Origin: Deltaproteobacteria bacterium
GTDB lineage: Bacteria; Desulfobacterota; Desulfobacteria; Desulfobacterales; Desulfosarcinaceae
DNA: 64,000 nucleotides
Assembly: GCA_020444075.1 (NCBI GenBank)
Contig: JAHLLR010000001.1
Span: 47,782-111,781 of the forward strand
Direction: 5' to 3'
Both the position numbers and the translations under genes were made by a program. Below, one piece after another: positions 20,796 through 31,097 of this stretch. The notes under the pieces were generated by a model. That model saw only the letters and a list, made by a program, of their open reading frames with translations, made no database searches and had not been told where the DNA came from. The first letter of the stretch is position 1. Every line of letters begins with the position of its first letter.

Positions 20796-21390
20796 CCTCT
20801 GTTTTTTAATAGGTATCGTACCGATGGCCGGATATCAACGAAAGGCTATCCGCCCATTGCCTGTCGAAATATTGTCAACAAACGACGCCGGACCTGAACA
20901 AAGAAGAAAACCAGCCCCCGCGGAGCCGATTTTTCCAATAATCTATAGCAGATGGCAGTGAATCTTGTCAAAGGCAAGATTACCGGACCTCATCTTTTCC
21001 GGCATTTGCCATCGTCGGGCCCACCTGCGCCCAAAAGCCGGTGTCCGCACCCGGCGACTCCTGGAAATTGACAGCCCCCTTTATTTTCAAATCAGCCGTG
21101 AGGGCTTGGCGGCTCCCAACGATTATATCCGCGGGAAAGCCCACTTCCACCGATCCCCGGCCTTTCTCGACGGGCTGGGTGAACTGGATAACCTCACGGA
21201 CAAAGATCCCTTCCGCTTCGCATCCCGGCCGATCACCGGAGAAAAATGATCGCCAGGGCAATTTTTCACTTGAGGTTTTCCATGGATTGCCTATACTGTT
21301 TAATCAACTAACCTATTGGTGTTACAAATAATTTCAAAAGATCGGATTAACCGGAAACAAACGCATGCCGGCAATCGGCAGGGCAAATCC

Positions 21391-22413
21391 ATGCAAGCAA
21401 AGAGAATCCGGCCCCGACCGGACCAGCTCCCCCGTGTGATAATTCTCGCCACGGGCGGCACCATCGCCGGTTCGGCCGAATCCGCGACCCAGGCAGGCTA
21501 CGCGTCAGGTCGGGTGACCGTCGATGCCATGATCGGCGCGGTGCCCGAAATGACGGAGATTGCCCGTATCCGCGGCGAGCAGGTGGCCAATGTGGGATCC
21601 CAGGACATCACCTTTGCCATCATGATCGACCTGGCCAACCGGATCAACACCCTGTTGGGTGCCGATGACGTCGACGGCGTGGTCGTCACTCACGGCACGG
21701 ACACCATGGAAGAGACAGCCCACTTTCTCAACCTCACTGTAAAAAGTAAAAAGCCGGTGGTCATGACCGGAGCCATGCGCGCATCCACTGCCATCAGCGC
21801 CGATGGGCCGCTCAATCTTTACAATGCCGTCGCCGTCGCCGCCGATCCGGATGCCGCCGGGCGCGGCACGCTCGTGGTAATGAATGATCGTATCCACGGC
21901 GCCCATTCACTGACCAAAACCAACACCACCTCCGTGGAAACCTTTATTTCACCAATCAATGGCCTGATCGGAACGGTCAATTACGGTAAAACCGAATATT
22001 TCCGCAGGCCGTTTCGTAAACACACCCATAAAAGTCAATTCTCCGTGGAAGGGGTCACCTCGCTGCCCCGCGTGGATATCATCTACGCCTGTGCCGACAT
22101 GCCGGCCGACCTCATCGACGGTTCCATGGAAAGAGGTGCCAGGGGAATCGTGATTGCCGGCGATGGCAACGGCAACATGAACGCGGCAACCATCCAACGG
22201 GCTGCCCGGGCAGCGCAAAAGGGCATATTTATCGTCCGCAGTTCACGGGTTCCCACCGGGAAAGTGGGGAGAAACGTGGAGATCGATGATGACCGCATGG
22301 GCTTTATCGCCTCGGATGAGCTCAATCCGGCCAAGGCCCGCATCCTGTTGATGCTGGCGCTGTTGAAAAAGCGCGGTTTGGGTGAGATCCAGCAGCTGTT
22401 TTATGATTACTGA
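21391..22413 (+). CDS. type II L-asparaginase/glutaminase family
   Basis: ATGGTIAG, HGTDTMEET, GAMR, GIVIAGDGNGN, LNPAKARILL. Confidence 0.93.
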   Translation: MQAKRIRPRPDQLPRVIILATGGTIAGSAESATQAGYASGRVTVDAMIGAVPEMTEIARIRGEQVANVGSQDITFAIMIDLANRINTLLGADDVDGVVVTHGTDTMEETAHFLNLTVKSKKPVVMTGAMRASTAISADGPLNLYNAVAVAADPDAAGRGTLVVMNDRIHGAHSLTKTNTTSVETFISPINGLIGTVNYGKTEYFRRPFRKHTHKSQFSVEGVTSLPRVDIIYACADMPADLIDGSMERGARGIVIAGDGNGNMNAATIQRAARAAQKGIFIVRSSRVPTGKVGRNVEIDDDRMGFIASDELNPAKARILLMLALLKKRGLGEIQQLFYDY

Positions 22414-22477
22414 CCCGCCGGTCGGCCCGATCGCCCGGCAGGAAAAGGTCGGACCGCCGCTCCTGAATCGAGTGCAT

Positions 22478-23566
22478 ATGGAATCCGTGAGAAAACGAGC
22501 CAGGCAACTGGGCATTGCCCCCGGCATTTTGCCAACGGGACCGCTCAATGCCATCACCGACGTTCGCTCCGTCGAGGTCGGGCACCTCACCCTGATCGAA
22601 GGGGACGATATCCGCACCGGCGCCACGGCGATTCTGCCGCATCGGGAGAATGTCTACCAAAGCAAAGTACCCGCGGGCATTGCCGTCGGCAACGGGTATG
22701 GCAAATTGACGGGAAGCACCCAGATCCGCGAACTGGGTGAGATCGAAACACCCATCGTGCTGACCAACACCCTGTGCGTGCCCCGGGCTGCCGAGGCCAT
22801 TCTCGACTGGGTGTTGGCGCTTCCGGGAAATGAAGCGGTAACGACCGTCAATCCGGTGGTGGGCGAAACCAATGACGGCCGGTTGAACAACATTCGATAT
22901 CGTGCCGTGGCGCCCGACATGATTCGCCGGGCAATCGATGATGCGGACGGCGGAGCGGTCGACGAGGGAAACGTAGGTGCAGGCACCGGAACCATGGCCT
23001 TCGGCTGGAAAGGAGGCATCGGCACCAGTTCGCGGGTCATTCCGAATCGCCTGGGAGGATATTCGGTGGGCGTGCTGGTGCAGTCCAATTTCGGCGGTGT
23101 CCTCCACATCCTGGGCGTACCGGTAGGCCGGGCCCTGGGCCGGTATTATCTCAAAGACGTGTTAAGCCATGGGGATGCAGACGGCTCGATCATGATCATT
23201 CTGGCAACCGATGCTCCCCTGTCGGATCGGAACCTGTCGCGGCTGGCCCGGCGCGGCCTGTTCGGTCTGGCGCGCACCGGCGCTTCGTTCGCCAACGGGT
23301 CCGGGGACTATGCCATTGCCTTTTCCGTGGCGGATGACGTCCGGCGCACCCCAGAGCGGCGCCAAGCCCTGTCTGCCATTGCCGATCTGCCCAACGAATT
23401 GGTTTCGCCGCTCTTCCAGGCGGCCATCGAAGCGACGGAAGAGGCCATCCTGAACTCGCTGTTCACCGCCGCGACCATCAGCGGGCATAATGGCTTTGTC
23501 GGCGAAGCCATCCCGTTGGATCGGGTGCTGGACCTGCTGCGCGGCCATGGCGGGAAAACGGCTTGA
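22478..23566 (+). CDS. dmpA: DmpA/P1 (S58) aminopeptidase
   Basis: NAITDV, GNGYGKLTGS, VGETNDG, GAGTG, KGGIGTSSR, DG/SI autoprocessing site, EATEEAILNSL. Confidence 0.92.
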   Translation: MESVRKRARQLGIAPGILPTGPLNAITDVRSVEVGHLTLIEGDDIRTGATAILPHRENVYQSKVPAGIAVGNGYGKLTGSTQIRELGEIETPIVLTNTLCVPRAAEAILDWVLALPGNEAVTTVNPVVGETNDGRLNNIRYRAVAPDMIRRAIDDADGGAVDEGNVGAGTGTMAFGWKGGIGTSSRVIPNRLGGYSVGVLVQSNFGGVLHILGVPVGRALGRYYLKDVLSHGDADGSIMIILATDAPLSDRNLSRLARRGLFGLARTGASFANGSGDYAIAFSVADDVRRTPERRQALSAIADLPNELVSPLFQAAIEATEEAILNSLFTAATISGHNGFVGEAIPLDRVLDLLRGHGGKTA

Positions 23567-23678
23567 GGGAGAACACACCCGCAGGACCGCTTGGACCCTT
23601 CCCCCTCTGGATAATCAAAGTGGCATAGAACTTGTTAGGTTTTATTCGAAAAGATTTCGAATTTTGTGGAGGCACCCA

Positions 23679-23888
23679 ATGGAAAAAACCGACAAGCGGC
23701 TGTTCGCTCTGGTAACCGCCCTGATTTTTTTATCGATCGCCTGGTTTGCACAATTCAGCCAGGCCCAGCATAGCGCCACCACCACCGAATCGATTGTCCA
23801 AATCCTTGACGCAATCAGGGCTGATCATGTCGACGTGATAAATAAGGCGGGCAAGCCTGGATCCAGGCTTGCCCAAGGAGGAGGGTAG
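23679..23888 (+). CDS. small exported hypothetical protein (69 aa)
   Basis: GGAGG RBS; Sec signal peptide ending FSQA. Confidence 0.65.
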   Translation: MEKTDKRLFALVTALIFLSIAWFAQFSQAQHSATTTESIVQILDAIRADHVDVINKAGKPGSRLAQGGG

Positions 23889-24068
23889 ATGAATAACATT
23901 CAGTTACCCGTGATTCCCTGCTCTTCAGGGTTTCCCGTTAATGATAAGACCCGAATATCAGTGGTGCAATATCGAGCATATCAATATCGGTAAACATCTT
24001 CCACCCGCCTGCGACATCTCGGGACACGCGGCAGGCAACCCGGGCTTTCCAAAAACCGGATTACCCAA

Positions 24069-24767
24069 TCAAACCACCCGAAGTGCTCCCGTTTCTTTCC
24101 TTCCCAGGTAAACTACATGCCCGGACCCGCCCCGCCCCGACCGGTGACGGGTCGACGCAAAGCCGGCCGCTGCCAGGCGCTTGGCGAATCCGGCGTCGTA
24201 GTCTTCACCCCACACGGCAAAGACCCCGCCCGGTTTGAGGGCCGCCCGGGTCGTTTTGATGGCGATGCTTCCGTAGAGCGGATCGTCGCGTTTGTGGCTG
24301 CGGACATAGGGACCGGTATACAGATCCAGGATGACGGCATCTAATTTTTCCAGTGTATCCTCTTTCGCATGGCGGCGGATCAATTGGGCGACATCGGCAA
24401 TTTCAACGCTGACCCGTTCGTCCGCCGCGGCATGGTTCGTCAGCGCAGCCAGAGGCCCCCGGCACCACGCCAGCACCGCCGGATTTAATTCGGCCACCAC
24501 GACGCGCCCCGTGGCCGGCAGGATGTCCAACACCGCCTTGAGCGTAAAGCCCATGCCCAGCCCCCCCACCAGCACCAGCGGCCGGGTCGACTGCTTCAGG
24601 TGCCCGCAGGCAAGCTGCCCCAGGGCCACCTCTGACCGATTGGCCATGCTGTTCATCAACACGTGGCCGCCCACAGTGATTAGAAAATCGCGTTCCCCGC
24701 GCTTTCGCAGCTCAAGGAGGCCCTCTTCGGTGGAAATACGATCAATGGTCTGCCAGGGGCGCGCCAT
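24069..24767 (-). CDS. spermidine synthase-like SAM-dependent methyltransferase-fold protein
   Basis: LMNS, VLVGGLGMGFTL, VVAELNP, AVILDLYTGP, LKPGGVFAVW. Confidence 0.85.
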   Translation of the reverse strand: MARPWQTIDRISTEEGLLELRKRGERDFLITVGGHVLMNSMANRSEVALGQLACGHLKQSTRPLVLVGGLGMGFTLKAVLDILPATGRVVVAELNPAVLAWCRGPLAALTNHAAADERVSVEIADVAQLIRRHAKEDTLEKLDAVILDLYTGPYVRSHKRDDPLYGSIAIKTTRAALKPGGVFAVWGEDYDAGFAKRLAAAGFASTRHRSGRGGSGHVVYLGRKETGALRVV

Positions 24768-25113
24768 AGGTTTGAATACCTTTCTGCAAGTTTTACTCGA
24801 CCTTCCATACTCGAAATTACCCGCCTTGACCATCTTAAATCCCAACCGATACCGATCGATGACGTCCTTAACATGGCATCGCAGCACCTTGGCCCGGAAA
24901 TATGATGAAGGGAGTCCGGGCCGGACTGACTTTCAGGTAGCAGGGGCGCTGAAAGGAAACCATCTTTAGGGGCAACGTCAGGGGCTTGCCTGATTCCTGG
25001 AAAATATTTTTCGAATCCGGACAGTAAGCGGTGGACCGCGGTCTGAATAGTGTTTAAGATATAGCAAGCTGACACTGAAAAATAAGTGGGTTCAACCTAT
25101 CGGAGGTGGAGGC

Positions 25114-25377
25114 ATGCAAAATCATCTCAATAAAGGCCACTACGTGTCATACCAGCGGCCCGCCACGGCAAACAAGCGCCTGCAGGAAGCCCTGGCAAAT
25201 CGCGAGCGCTATCTGGAGCGCCACCCGCACCTGCGGGTCTACCAGACGGAAATCGACAGGGTGCTGGATAAATCCGGCAATGTGCAGGGTCGCCTGGCCG
25301 TCATCGGTATGCTGATACAGGGTAAGCTTTTGGAAATGCAGGAAGAGTTCTCCAAGCTGAATAAGTTCCTCCAGTAA
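25114..25377 (+). CDS. hypothetical helical protein
   Basis: 87-aa ORF with GGAGGTGGAGG RBS, followed by a terminator. Confidence 0.75.
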   Translation: MQNHLNKGHYVSYQRPATANKRLQEALANRERYLERHPHLRVYQTEIDRVLDKSGNVQGRLAVIGMLIQGKLLEMQEEFSKLNKFLQ

Positions 25378-25387
25378 ATGTCAACTT

Positions 25388-25424
25388 CAATCGTCGGGGG
25401 CCGTTGCCCCCGACGATTGCTTTT
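25388..25424 (+). terminator. intrinsic terminator
   Basis: 14-bp perfect stem CAATCGTCGGGGGC/GCCCCCGACGATTG, loop CGTT, then CTTTT. Confidence 0.75.
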
Positions 25425-26047
25425 CCCGATATCATGCCGTTAACGTTCATCGCTGTGCCTAAAACGCTCTCCTGCAAGGGACCGCACAACCTCGTAATAC
25501 CCTATAACTCCTTTTAAATTCCCATGGAATGGCCGGCCGGTGGGGTATCGCGGCGACCCGCGCCCGTCAGCGGATGGTCAACTGGCTGAGGTGGTGCATG
25601 CCCGCCTTGCCAAGCACTGCCGAACCGGTGGAGAACAGCAGCTCGGAAGGAAATATCGTCAAATAGTGTGCCATTTCTCAGCGATCATTTTCCATACAAA
25701 AAATCAGCAGATAGGGTCGTGAAAGAGTGTAAAACCGGCAACCGCTTGACAACGGACGCCAGAAAGCGGTCACCGCTTGCGGGCATGTCATGACCATGGA
25801 CAGGCAGGAATTTTCAGTTACGCGATGCCCCTTCGGAAACAGTTCCTTGTGCTCCAGGCAAGGTTTCTTTCCCTGTTTCCGTGAGGTAGTCCTAACTAAT
25901 GTATTTTAAAAAAACCATCAGGCCGCAAACCAGTTATCGGGATCACTCCTTTATATTTCATCGAAAATGCCGATATATTCATCCAGCCAAGTCAATACTC
26001 CGCGCAACCCCATGAGGGGGTTACATGGAAAAATGGGAGCGTTATCA

Positions 26048-26395
26048 ATGACCGTGAAAATCGCCGTTTTCGTTCTTGCCACCCTGATCCTTTCGGCAAT
26101 GCCGGTTTACGCCAACCCGGCGGCCGTGATCCCTGCATATTCTTACGTTTCGGCTTTTCAATCGTCGATGAAGGAATATCAGAATTTTATGATTAACCAG
26201 AACCGCGCCGCAGCACGGAAGCTGCTGAATTCCGAAAAAGTCTTTCTTTCGCCGAGAGATATCCGGGTCGAAGTGGTGGCCGTTGACGAAAGCATCGCCA
26301 AGGTGAGATTGAGCCGGCTGGATGAAAACGCCCAGCCGGTCACGCTGTATTTCTGGACGCTGGCCGAACAGCTTAAAATTCTGCCGCAGGAATAA
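26048..26395 (+). CDS. exported hypothetical protein
   Basis: GGGAG RBS, signal peptide ending VYA, 115 aa. Confidence 0.7.
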   Translation: MTVKIAVFVLATLILSAMPVYANPAAVIPAYSYVSAFQSSMKEYQNFMINQNRAAARKLLNSEKVFLSPRDIRVEVVAVDESIAKVRLSRLDENAQPVTLYFWTLAEQLKILPQE

Positions 26396-26723
26396 CCCCG
26401 GCCCTCCCTGCTTCGGGATGCCTGAACATCCATTCAGGATGTCTGTTTCATTTACGATCTGGCAAACGTTCCCTACTTGCCCTTGCAGGGAAACAGGCGT
26501 ACATGGGCCAGTTATGGTGAACAAGATAGAGCGGCGCTTCAGCGACCTGAACGCTCTATCTCCAACCGATACCAGGTAACATCCGGCTTGATTGTAGGTT
26601 GGATATCAGGTATTTATAGTTGAATCCTCACTCAAGACAGTCAATATCAATCCCGCGCAATGGCTTGGCTGAAGGATCTTCTTTTCAGCATCCCATACTT
26701 ACCGACAACCCTTGGATGGTAAA

Positions 26724-27734
26724 ATGATGAAACGGTCGATTATTAAAGGCACCGGCAGGTATGTACCGGACCGCCACGTCACCAACGACGATCTATCCAG
26801 ACTGATGGACACCTCAGATGAATGGATTCGGCAACGCACGGGGATTGAGGCCAGGTATTGGGTCAAAGCTGGCGATGACGTGGGCACATCGGACCTGGCT
26901 CTGGAAGCCTCAAGGGTCGCCCTGGAGAGAGCCGGCTGGAAATCCACAGATCTGGATCTGATTGTTTTTGCCACCATGACCTCGGATGTCTATGTCCCCG
27001 GATCAGGCGTCATTCTTCAGCACAAGCTGGGGGCTGAAAATGTCCCGGCGCTTGATATTCGCCAGCAATGCACCGGTTTTCTGCATGGATTGGAATTGTG
27101 CGATGCCTATATCAAAAGCGGCAAGGCGCAGAAAATCCTGATGGTCGGGGCCGAGACCCAGAGCCGATTTCTGGAACTGAACACGCAGAATCGCGACACT
27201 GCCGTCATTTTTGCCGACGGTGCCGGCGCCGTCTGCATCGAAGCTGAAGAGACCGACGAAGAGATCGGTATTCTGGCCTCTGTCTTCCATGCTGACGGGA
27301 AATATGCCAACGTGTTGCGTGTGGGCGTCCCGGCCCGGAAAAGCGGCCCGGTCATGAATGCGGAGGTTCAGGCCAAGCAGGAGTATTTGCCCTACATGGA
27401 CGGGAAAACCGTTTTCAAACTGGCGGTCATTCGACTTCCGCAAGTAGCCCGGGAACTGCTGGATAAAGCCGATATGCAACTGGAGGAACTTGACATGGTC
27501 GTTCCCCACCAGGCCAACCTTCGAATCAATGAAGCCTTCAGGGAACGAATGAATATTCCCGAAGATAAAATTTTTAATAACATTCAGCGATATGGAAACA
27601 CCACCGGCGCCACGATTCCCATCGCCCTTGATGAACTGATGGAGAAAGGCATGCTGAAGTCCGGTGACAATGTCATGTTCATCGGCCTGGGGGCAGGTCT
27701 CACCTGGGGCGGGGTTATTTACAGGCTGCCCTGA
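26724..27734 (+). CDS. fabH: 3-oxoacyl-ACP synthase III family
   Basis: DEWIRQRTGI, catalytic Cys (QQCTGF), His (PHQAN), Asn (YGNT), GAGLTWG. Confidence 0.93.
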   Translation: MMKRSIIKGTGRYVPDRHVTNDDLSRLMDTSDEWIRQRTGIEARYWVKAGDDVGTSDLALEASRVALERAGWKSTDLDLIVFATMTSDVYVPGSGVILQHKLGAENVPALDIRQQCTGFLHGLELCDAYIKSGKAQKILMVGAETQSRFLELNTQNRDTAVIFADGAGAVCIEAEETDEEIGILASVFHADGKYANVLRVGVPARKSGPVMNAEVQAKQEYLPYMDGKTVFKLAVIRLPQVARELLDKADMQLEELDMVVPHQANLRINEAFRERMNIPEDKIFNNIQRYGNTTGATIPIALDELMEKGMLKSGDNVMFIGLGAGLTWGGVIYRLP

Positions 27735-27833
27735 GTGATCCAACCGCGTTGGGCCTGAAGTATGCGGTTCCCCTGTCTTCTCGTGGGATAACGCGATTTG
27801 GCGCCCCCTATTTTCCTTTACTCGTCCAGCCGT

Positions 27834-28073
27834 TCACCGGCACTCGGGGGGTGTCTGCGTGCAGTGGGTTTTCTTCAGACGATCGGTATATCTCGCCCAG
27901 AACCCTTTTTTGGTTTTAGCGTCCGCAGCGTCGAATCGGCGCCGGCACTCATCCGAGCAGAAAAAATGGGTGCCCTTGTCGTCCTTGGAGGTAAATTGGG
28001 TCTTGCGCGGATCGAAGGTCTTGCCGCAGACGGGATCCACGGCGGTTTCCGGAATTGTTTGATTTTCCTTCAT
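27834..28073 (-). CDS. YHS domain protein
   Basis: DPVCG...HFFCSDECRRRF; AAGGAGG RBS. Confidence 0.85.
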   Translation of the reverse strand: MKENQTIPETAVDPVCGKTFDPRKTQFTSKDDKGTHFFCSDECRRRFDAADAKTKKGFWARYTDRLKKTHCTQTPPECR

Positions 28074-28269
28074 GAGTCACCCTCCTTACACATTTATTGT
28101 TGTTGGATGTCCGGCAGTGACCGCTCCTGCCGACTGACCAACTATAATACCGTTTTTCCATATGGCACGCCGGGTCCGCACGGGCTGCATAATATGAAGG
28201 TTGCCACGCGAAACAATAGAGCCCATTTCAAAACGCCCCATTCCGGCCAATATCGGCGTTGGGCTCGCA

Positions 28270-28445
28270 TTTCAATCCTCAACGAAGCGCGGCTGCGCCT
28301 GAAGATCGGTTTGAGGTAGATCGGATTGGCGCCCGGATGATATCCGGCGCGATGCCCGGGATGGAGGTAGACTTTTCCCGAGCATCCCATCGAGCCATAG
28401 GGAGACACCTGCATCGATCAAATCCGAAAGACGCGACCGGAATGC
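28270..28445 (-). pseudogene. fragment of a CoA-disulfide reductase/NADH oxidase C-terminal dimerization domain
   Basis: KVYLHPGHRAGYHPGANPIYLKPIFRRS, preceded in another frame by IPVASFG; no start codon and no FAD domain. Confidence 0.6.
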
Positions 28446-28526
28446 CAAAAATAAATAGGGTCTCCGATGTTCTGAGACCCTTTTCAAAGTTCAGGCACGA
28501 TAAAAATGATCAGCAACAGTTTATGG

Positions 28527-28868
28527 TCAATTACCCTTCGTGTTAAAATCCCATATTCTATAAACGTTAATGTATCGGGGTTCGGCATACGAGTCCCCAG
28601 GGTGGACCACTTCCACCGGAACCATCTCCCCCACCCGGATGGCGTCAATGGTGATCTGATCACCGATAATCCATTGATATCCCCCGGCGTAGTTATAAAA
28701 CCCGATACCCTCACCGTTATCCGGGCATGTCACCGCCACGGCTGCATAGTCAACGCTGCCACCAACGCCATAGGAGTCGGTGACGGCAATCACCCGACAG
28801 TCAATCGCTTCGACAAATCGGGGGAAAAGAAAAGACAAGGCTATCATTACGAAAAAAAATCGTTTCAT
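28527..28868 (-). CDS. exported orphan protein
   Basis: GGGGGGG RBS-like run, signal peptide ending VEA, 113 aa with two Cys. Confidence 0.65.
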   Translation of the reverse strand: MKRFFFVMIALSFLFPRFVEAIDCRVIAVTDSYGVGGSVDYAAVAVTCPDNGEGIGFYNYAGGYQWIIGDQITIDAIRVGEMVPVEVVHPGDSYAEPRYINVYRIWDFNTKGN

Positions 28869-29312
28869 ATCAGCCCCCCCATTCAAGATATGTCATCCTG
28901 TCCTGTTTTGAAAAAGTTCAGCATTTTTAAAAGCATTTAAATTTGTCTTGAGGCAATCATCATTTAGTTTTCGATAGTTGCCACGCATGACATCGAAAAG
29001 AGGAACGCCTTAAGCGTTCTTAAGAGAAAGAATTTTCTGTTATAAGTAGAGTTCGGTGCAGCTTTAGCGATGTGTTGAAACCTGCTTAGTGGAAAAGCGC
29101 ATTCAGATCAGATGAAAGACTATCTTATAATTCGAAATATTTGTCAATATGGGAAATGAATGTTTAGCGGCGCGCAAAGCCAATCAATTCGATTGAGATA
29201 AAGTGGAAGAATTGGTACCTGAAGGGGTATCTTTCAGCGCAGCAGGGGGCAGGCGGTCGTTTCCTCCTGGCAATCCCCTCTAATCGGCAGATAATTCAGC
29301 CAAAGGGTTAAA

Positions 29313-30908
29313 ATGAATCATCCTAAGGGGTCAGGTGACTTCAGTAAAATGGGTGTAGCCACAATCATCATGATGGCCAGCATTTTCCTGAGCCGCGTCA
29401 CCGGCATCGCCAGGGAGATGGTGCTGGCCGCGTTGGCGGGAGCCGGAACGGAAGTCGATGCCTATCGCGTCGCTTTCGTGTTGCCCGAAATACTCAATCA
29501 CATTCTGGCCAGCGGATTTTTATCGGTCACCTTCATTCCCATTTTCTCCCGTTACCTGGCCGAAGGGGAGGAAACCCTTGGATGGCGAACCTTTTCAAAT
29601 ATCACGACAGTCTTTGGTACCCTTCTCATTGGGCTCATCGTGATGGGAATGATAGTGGCCCCCGTCGTGGTACCCTTATTGGCACCGGGACGCCAGGACC
29701 CTCAATTTATCGCTCTGGCCGTAAGAATGACCCGTATCACCTTGCCGGCACAATTCTTCTTCTTCGCCGGAGGCATGCTGATGGCGGTACAATATGCAAA
29801 GAAGCGCTTTTTATTTCCAGCCCTGGCGCCTTTGATTTACAATCTTGGCATCATTTCCGGCGGGTGGTTCCTCGGCCGCCGGTTGGGTGTGGAGGGTTTT
29901 TGCTGGGGCGCGCTGGCGGGTGCGATGGCAGGCAGTTTTGCGATCCAGATTATCGGTGCCTTTCGAATCGGCATAAAATTCCGGCCCATCATTGACTTCA
30001 CCCACCCGGACATCAGGCGCTATGTAGTATTGACCCTGCCCCTGATGATCGGACTCACCATGGTGTTCTCGACGGAGCTGTTCTCAAAATTCTTCGGCAG
30101 CTTCCTGTCGGCGGGAGCCATCGCGTGGATTGATTATGCCATGCGTGTCATGCTGATGCTGGTCGGCTTCTTCGGACAGGCCGTGGGGGTAGCTTCCTAT
30201 CCTTATATGGCGCAGTTGGCCGTTCAGGGGCGTCTGTCCGAGTTGAATGATATCATCAATAAAATATTGCGCTATCTGTCCATCGTCATCCCGGTATCCA
30301 TTCTGGTCGCCGTGCTGCGGCATGAAATTGTCTACGTGCTTTTTGAGCGGGGTCAATTTTCCCCTGAAGACACGAAAATGACGGCCTTGACGTTGTCCTG
30401 TCTGATGGTTGGAGCCATTGCCTTCATCTCCCAAACCGTCGTCAACCGTGGTTTTTATGCGACACAAAACACCCTATTACCGGCGGTGTTTGGTACGATT
30501 GCCGTGGTTCTGAGCCTGCCGATCTACTGGATCGGGTTAAAAATGATGGGCGTTGCCGGGGTTGGCCTGGCCATTTCAGCCTCCGCCATCCTTCAGACCC
30601 TTTTTCTGTTTTCAGTCTGGAATCGGCGCAGCAACAATAAGGCCGCCATCGGCGTTTATCGTGCCTATCTGAATGCAGCCCTTGGCGCACTGGTCATCGG
30701 CGCAATACTCTGGCTGGTGCACGGCGCGCTTCAAATGAACCGCCATGAACAAACACTCATCCCCAGCCTGGCGGTGATCAGCATCGTTTCAGGTGTTTTT
30801 ATTATTTTGACCGGATTGTGGGGCTGGATCTTTAAAATCGAGGCCATCCAATATATCTTCAGTCGCGTCGCATCCTTGAAATTACCCGGGAAAAAAAGAC
30901 CCGGTTAA
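29313..30908 (+). CDS. murJ: lipid II flippase MurJ (MviN)
   Basis: SRVTGIARE, DAYRVAFVLPE, FIPIFS, many TM segments, GVAGVGLAISAS. Confidence 0.92.
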   Translation: MNHPKGSGDFSKMGVATIIMMASIFLSRVTGIAREMVLAALAGAGTEVDAYRVAFVLPEILNHILASGFLSVTFIPIFSRYLAEGEETLGWRTFSNITTVFGTLLIGLIVMGMIVAPVVVPLLAPGRQDPQFIALAVRMTRITLPAQFFFFAGGMLMAVQYAKKRFLFPALAPLIYNLGIISGGWFLGRRLGVEGFCWGALAGAMAGSFAIQIIGAFRIGIKFRPIIDFTHPDIRRYVVLTLPLMIGLTMVFSTELFSKFFGSFLSAGAIAWIDYAMRVMLMLVGFFGQAVGVASYPYMAQLAVQGRLSELNDIINKILRYLSIVIPVSILVAVLRHEIVYVLFERGQFSPEDTKMTALTLSCLMVGAIAFISQTVVNRGFYATQNTLLPAVFGTIAVVLSLPIYWIGLKMMGVAGVGLAISASAILQTLFLFSVWNRRSNNKAAIGVYRAYLNAALGALVIGAILWLVHGALQMNRHEQTLIPSLAVISIVSGVFIILTGLWGWIFKIEAIQYIFSRVASLKLPGKKRPG

Positions 30909-31059
30909 TTTTTCCTTTTTGATATACTCTTCATCGCCCTTTCCAGCTCTAAACCTGCTGATCGAAGAATCATTTCATATCGAACGTCGCCCATTTCTTA
31001 AGCATTGCAGAGATTCTTTCAGGCTTCACCGGTCCCGACATCGATTTCAAGGTTCACTG

Positions 31060-31097
31060 TGTTAACCTGTTAGGGGGCAGTTGTTAACAGGTTAACA
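31060..31097. promoter_or_regulatory. candidate bEBP enhancer (UAS) pair
   Basis: TGTTAACCTGTTA (31060-72) and its perfect inverse TAACAGGTTAACA (31085-97); TGTTAAC-AG-GTTAACA palindrome at 31082-97; about 120-160 bp upstream of a sigma54 site. Confidence 0.6.

Noticed and set aside
20965-21331. Three overlapping ~95-aa ORFs between the DUF4388 gene and the asparaginase
   Set aside because: None has a clear RBS or motif; I cannot choose a real frame
25657-25672. Sigma54-like TGGCAC-ACTAT-TTGAC on the minus strand
   Set aside because: The -12 GC is broken and no gene lies downstream
26525-26560. Bulged hairpin GATAGAGCG...CGCTCTATC upstream of fabH
   Set aside because: Single copy, no U-tract and no recognisable family; insufficient evidence for function
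29160-29220. c-di-GMP-I riboswitch (GCGCAAAGCC)
   Set aside because: Only one short motif matches; the GGCAAA-type P2 loop and P1 pairing are not found
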